Part shown: positions 60,178 to 64,000 of the stretch, piece by piece | How positions within the stretch are numbered: the stretch's first letter is position 1 | How the letters are laid out: each line of letters begins with the position of its first letter | Assembly (NCBI GenBank): GCA_050273025.1 | Contig: CP158635.1 | Span: 14,570,001 to 14,634,000 of the forward strand | Reading direction: 5' to 3' | Length of the DNA: 64,000 nt | Source: Cenococcum geophilum | Lineage: Eukaryota | Notes under the pieces: generated by a model | The model's input: only the letters and a program-made list of their open reading frames with translations | The model's database searches: none | What the model was told of the DNA's origin: nothing | Translations under genes and position numbers: made by a program

Positions 60178-62872
60178 TAGTAAGGCTAATAATACTATAC
60201 GGCTCCTAGATCTAGGGCCTAGGAATAAGTAGTAAGGTATTAATAAAAAGCTCCTTAGCGCTATTAGCTAAGCTATAAATCTAGTACCTATATAGAACTA
60301 TAGGGGTTTATAAGAGAATATTACGCGCTATACTAGAATATAAAGTAGTAGTTCTACTAGTAGATGTAAGAGTATATATATTAGGTCCCGCCGCGCTTGC
60401 GACAAGTTCGCAAGCACTCTCAGTCTTTTTGGCCGTATGGCGACGTGGAGGCGGGCCACGTTACAATTGTGCTTGCGAACTTACCGGGGCCAGGTGTTGT
60501 GGGTTCGATCCCCAGCGGTTACTTTACTCTAGTACAGTCTAACACGCATCCGTGCGATGAGGCGGGTCGGCTGAGTCCGATTGCTTATGTTACTGGGGAC
60601 TAACTAATATAGTGATACTCTTGGCGTTTGATCCCTGTGGAGGCCCGAGAACGGGCGCACAGAGGAATCCCTGCGAGCGCTCGGGGACGAGCGCGCAGAG
60701 GAGAGGGCAATTGTAAGAGTATATATATTAGGTCCCGCCGCGCTTGCGACAAGTTCGCAAGCACTCTCAGTCTTTTTGGCCGTATGGCGACGTGGAGGCG
60801 GGCCACGTTACAGTAGACTTATATATTAATATAACTACTATATAGAGAATAGTTATAGTATAAGGCTACTTAGTAAAAGAAAATATATGCTAAATACTAA
60901 AACGTATGTAAGGATTGAGGGCCCCTTAAAAAGGCAATACGCCTAAGTATACTAGCTAGGAAGCCCTCTACCTATAAGTAGTAAAGAAAGAAAAGAAAAT
61001 ATAGGAACTATTAGCTTACTAGGTGGAGACCTAGCGCTATACTAGTAGAGATCTACTATACTTATTACAAAATAGGTAGACCTTAAATAGAAGCGATAAT
61101 AGAAGGAGGTAGTAAAAATATAAGACGTAGCTATATAGAATACCCTATAGTTAATACTAATACTCCTCCTATATAAAGGACTAATAAAGGTAAAATCTAT
61201 ATCCGCCTTCCTACTATAGATAGAGATTTTAAGCCTAAATATATAGCTAGTAAGTATCTATATTCTAAATACTATACCTTAATACACTTATAGATAGCCT
61301 ATTTAGTTAGTATACTATATACTACTTTTCTATAGCTACTACTTAGTAAGGTACTAGCTATTTACTAGTATAGGTATAAATTATATTACTTATACTCTCT
61401 ATAAGTAGGGGCCTATAAGTAGTATTAATATAGCTTATAGGCTAAGGAGTTTTTTAGTAGTTCTAAATAGTATATAAGATCTAATAGGAAGACACTAAAG
61501 GATATACCCCTTTTAGCCCCTTAGAGACTAAATACTGCTGCCTAGCTGTAGATAGTACGCTAATAAATTACTAGATACTCCTACTACCCCCCTTAGATCT
61601 TCTAATATACCTAAAAAGTATAGTATATAAGGTAGACCTAAAGATATAAAGATATATTAGTTTGGTAAAGGTAGAATATATAAAACTAACTAAAAGGAAA
61701 TACTTAGGATTTTCCCTTTATAAGGCCTTTTCCTATAAAGGGAAAACCCTAAGTATTTCCTTTTAGCTAGTTTTATATATTCTACCTTTACCAAACTAAT
61801 ATATCTTTATATCTTTAGGTCTACCTTATATACTATATTTTTTAGGTATATTAGAAGATTTAGAGGGGGGGGTAGTAGAAGTATCTAGTAATTCGCTAGC
61901 ATACTACCTACATCTAGGTAGGGATATTTAGTCTTTAAGGGGCTAGAAAATGGAGTACCCTTTAGTATCCTCCTATTAAATCTTATATACTATTTAGAAC
62001 TATTAAAGAACTTCTTAGCTTATAAGCTATCTTATTACTACCTATAGGCCTCTACTTATAGAAAGTACTTAGGTAATATTGTTTATGCCTATACTAGTAA
62101 ATAGCTAGTACCTTACTAAGCGGTAACTGTAGAATAGTAATATATAGCGTATTAACTAAATAGGCCACCCGTATATATATTAAGGTAAGGTATTTAAAAT
62201 ATAGATGCTTACTAGCTATATATTTAGGCCTAAAACCTCTATTTATAGTAGAAAGGCAACTATAGATTTTACCTTTATTAGTATTAACTATAGGGTGTTC
62301 TTTATAGCTGCGTCTTATATTTTCGCTACCTCCTTCTATTATCGCTTTTATTTAAGATCTACCTATATTATAATTAGTGTAGTAGATTTCTATCTATATT
62401 AGTAACCTTTTATCCTCTATTACTATTATAGCGCTCTAATAGTATAGCGTTAGGTCTCCGCCTAGTAAGCTAATAGTTTCTATATTTCCTTTTCTCTCTT
62501 TACTACTTATAGGTAGTAGGCTTCCTAGCTAGTATATTTAGGCGTATTACCTCTTTAAGGAGCTATCGCTTCTTATATATATATCTTATTCCTTATATAT
62601 ATTTTAGTATTTAGTATATATTTTCTTCTACTAGGTAGCCTTATACTATAACTACTCTCTATATAGTAGTTAAGTTACTATATAAGTCTAGTAGTAGAAC
62701 TACTACTTCGCGTTTTAATATAGCGCGTAGTATTCTTTTATAGGCCCCTATAGTTCTATATAGGCACTAGTTTTATAGCTTAGCTAGTAGCGCTAGTAAG
62801 CTTTTTACTAGTACCTTACCGCCTAGTCCTAAGCCCTAGATTTAGGAGCCGTATAGTATTATTAGCCTTACT
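60178..62872. repeat. Large RIPed palindrome with ~1.1-kb arms and a loop of at most 11 nt at about 61723-61733
   Basis: The centre reads ...ttttccctttata aggccttttcc tataaagggaaaa.... The arms match out to gtaaggctaataatactatacggctcct / aggagccgtatagtattattagccttac. Confidence 0.9.
60365..60812 (+). mobile_element. 448-bp miniature non-autonomous LTR retroelement (TRIM-like)
   Basis: Identical 101-bp LTRs TG...CA (60365-60465 and 60712-60812), perfect TSD GTAGA, 246-bp non-coding interior, and a purine tract agaggagaggg before the 3' LTR. Confidence 0.93.
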
Positions 62873-62979
62873 ACTACTATATATAGTAGGCGTATATATT
62901 TAAAAGAGGGTCCTTATATTAAGGTAGTAATTTATAATACTACCAAAAATACTACTACTTCTCTATAAGTCGCCTATAT

Positions 62980-64000
62980 AATAATAATAATAATTTATTA
63001 CTTAACGTCCGATTTAGATCCCTATTAGGCCTATATAGACTACTCCTTATTTACATATGGGGAGAAAACTCTATTTAAGAAAAATAAGAAAACCCTATAA
63101 TCCATCTCCCCGCCTTTTAGGACTCGCCTACTTAACGCCTATAAGTCGCCTATAGTGCTCTACTACCTTACTATTTAACCTCCTTGGGAACTACTGCTGC
63201 CGTAATAAGCCTACGGACGCGCTAGTATTATAAACTATTACTCTACTACTATAGAGTTACTAGGGGGCACCTGCTGCTCGCCCTCTTGCCTTCTATTACT
63301 ATTTCCCTTATAACCCGGAACTAATTTAGCATATTTTAACTAATAAGCCACTAGGTAACCGCCTTAAGGCCTTTTTATGTTAAGAGTAGTGTATTATAGT
63401 TCTCTGTGCCAGCTGCTAAGAGTATTATTTCTTAATTGGTGCGTAGGGGGCATAGCAGTATTATGTGTTTTGGTGTCTGTCTTAGCTAGCTATATTTATA
63501 TCTTAGGCTACCTACTAGAATACCCACCTAGTAAAGCCAATCTTTTAGTCCTATTATTCCTATTCTTAAGAGTGTTGCTATTATATTTTCTACCTTTATT
63601 AGGCCTTCTCGGAGCCCTTAGGTATTTACCCCCTATAGTATTAACTATGCTATAGCTTAGGTTCGTCTTGCCTAAGTTAGCCTCTATACCTTTAACTCCC
63701 ATTTACCTCTCTAGCGTTAGTCCAACTAGTATTATATTACGGTAGATGGTTTCCTAGCGTTCTTATATATTCTACTTTAGCTCCTTTCTCTGTCTTATTA
63801 TTATCTTTACTAACCTCTTACGCGTCTCCCTTTCTCCTCTATATAGGCCTAGGCCCTAAAGCAGCACTATTCTTCTTCTACTTTCTTTACCTATTTCTCT
63901 AATATCTCTTCCCTACTTTAGGGTTGTTAGTTTATTCTCCTATAGGGTACCCTAGGGTTCCTTTATAGTTTACTTAGGCGTGTCTTAATATACTTTATAA
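62980..64000 (-). mobile_element. Second copy of the Tad1-like LINE (3' end; runs off the window)
   Basis: Colinear with 48873-49880, differing mainly by C/T and G/A transitions. (TAA)n tail at the left end. Confidence 0.92.

Noticed and set aside
60431..60521. Functional tRNA gene
   Set aside because: The D-arm and acceptor stem are imperfect, there is extra sequence in the variable region and no terminator directly downstream. It is treated as a tRNA-like part of the mini-element.

Overview
Genomic DNA from a filamentous ascomycete (spliceosomal GT-AG introns; CpA>TpA and TpG>TpA RIP damage in repeats). Gene islands alternate with AT-rich RIP-degraded transposon blocks. Apparently intact genes: an F-box protein (runs off the left edge), an ACSF2-like acyl-CoA synthetase, a conserved hypothetical protein, a 701-aa multi-pass membrane protein, EMC1, the Rap-type GTPase Rsr1, a chromate transporter, a Pca1-like Cys-rich P1B heavy-metal ATPase, and a stand-alone secreted I9-like protein next to a probably damaged S8 subtilase. 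Pseudogenes: an NLR N-terminal fragment, a doubly frameshifted SDR, a large hypothetical gene hit by five separate TSD-flanked insertions, and several RIPed unknown genes. Mobile DNA: a full-length RIPed Ty1/copia, four solo LTRs, a CryptonF, a pogo/Fot1 remnant, two Tad1-like LINE copies, three non-autonomous hAT elements, several MITEs and a ~2.7-kb palindrome. The most unusual object is an unmutated 448-bp miniature LTR retroelement (60365-60812). It has identical 101-bp LTRs, a primer-binding site complementary to its own LTR, and a tRNA-like Pol III promoter assembled across the LTR/internal junction that would give an exactly unit-length transcript. All family assignments come from motif recognition by eye, not from database searches.
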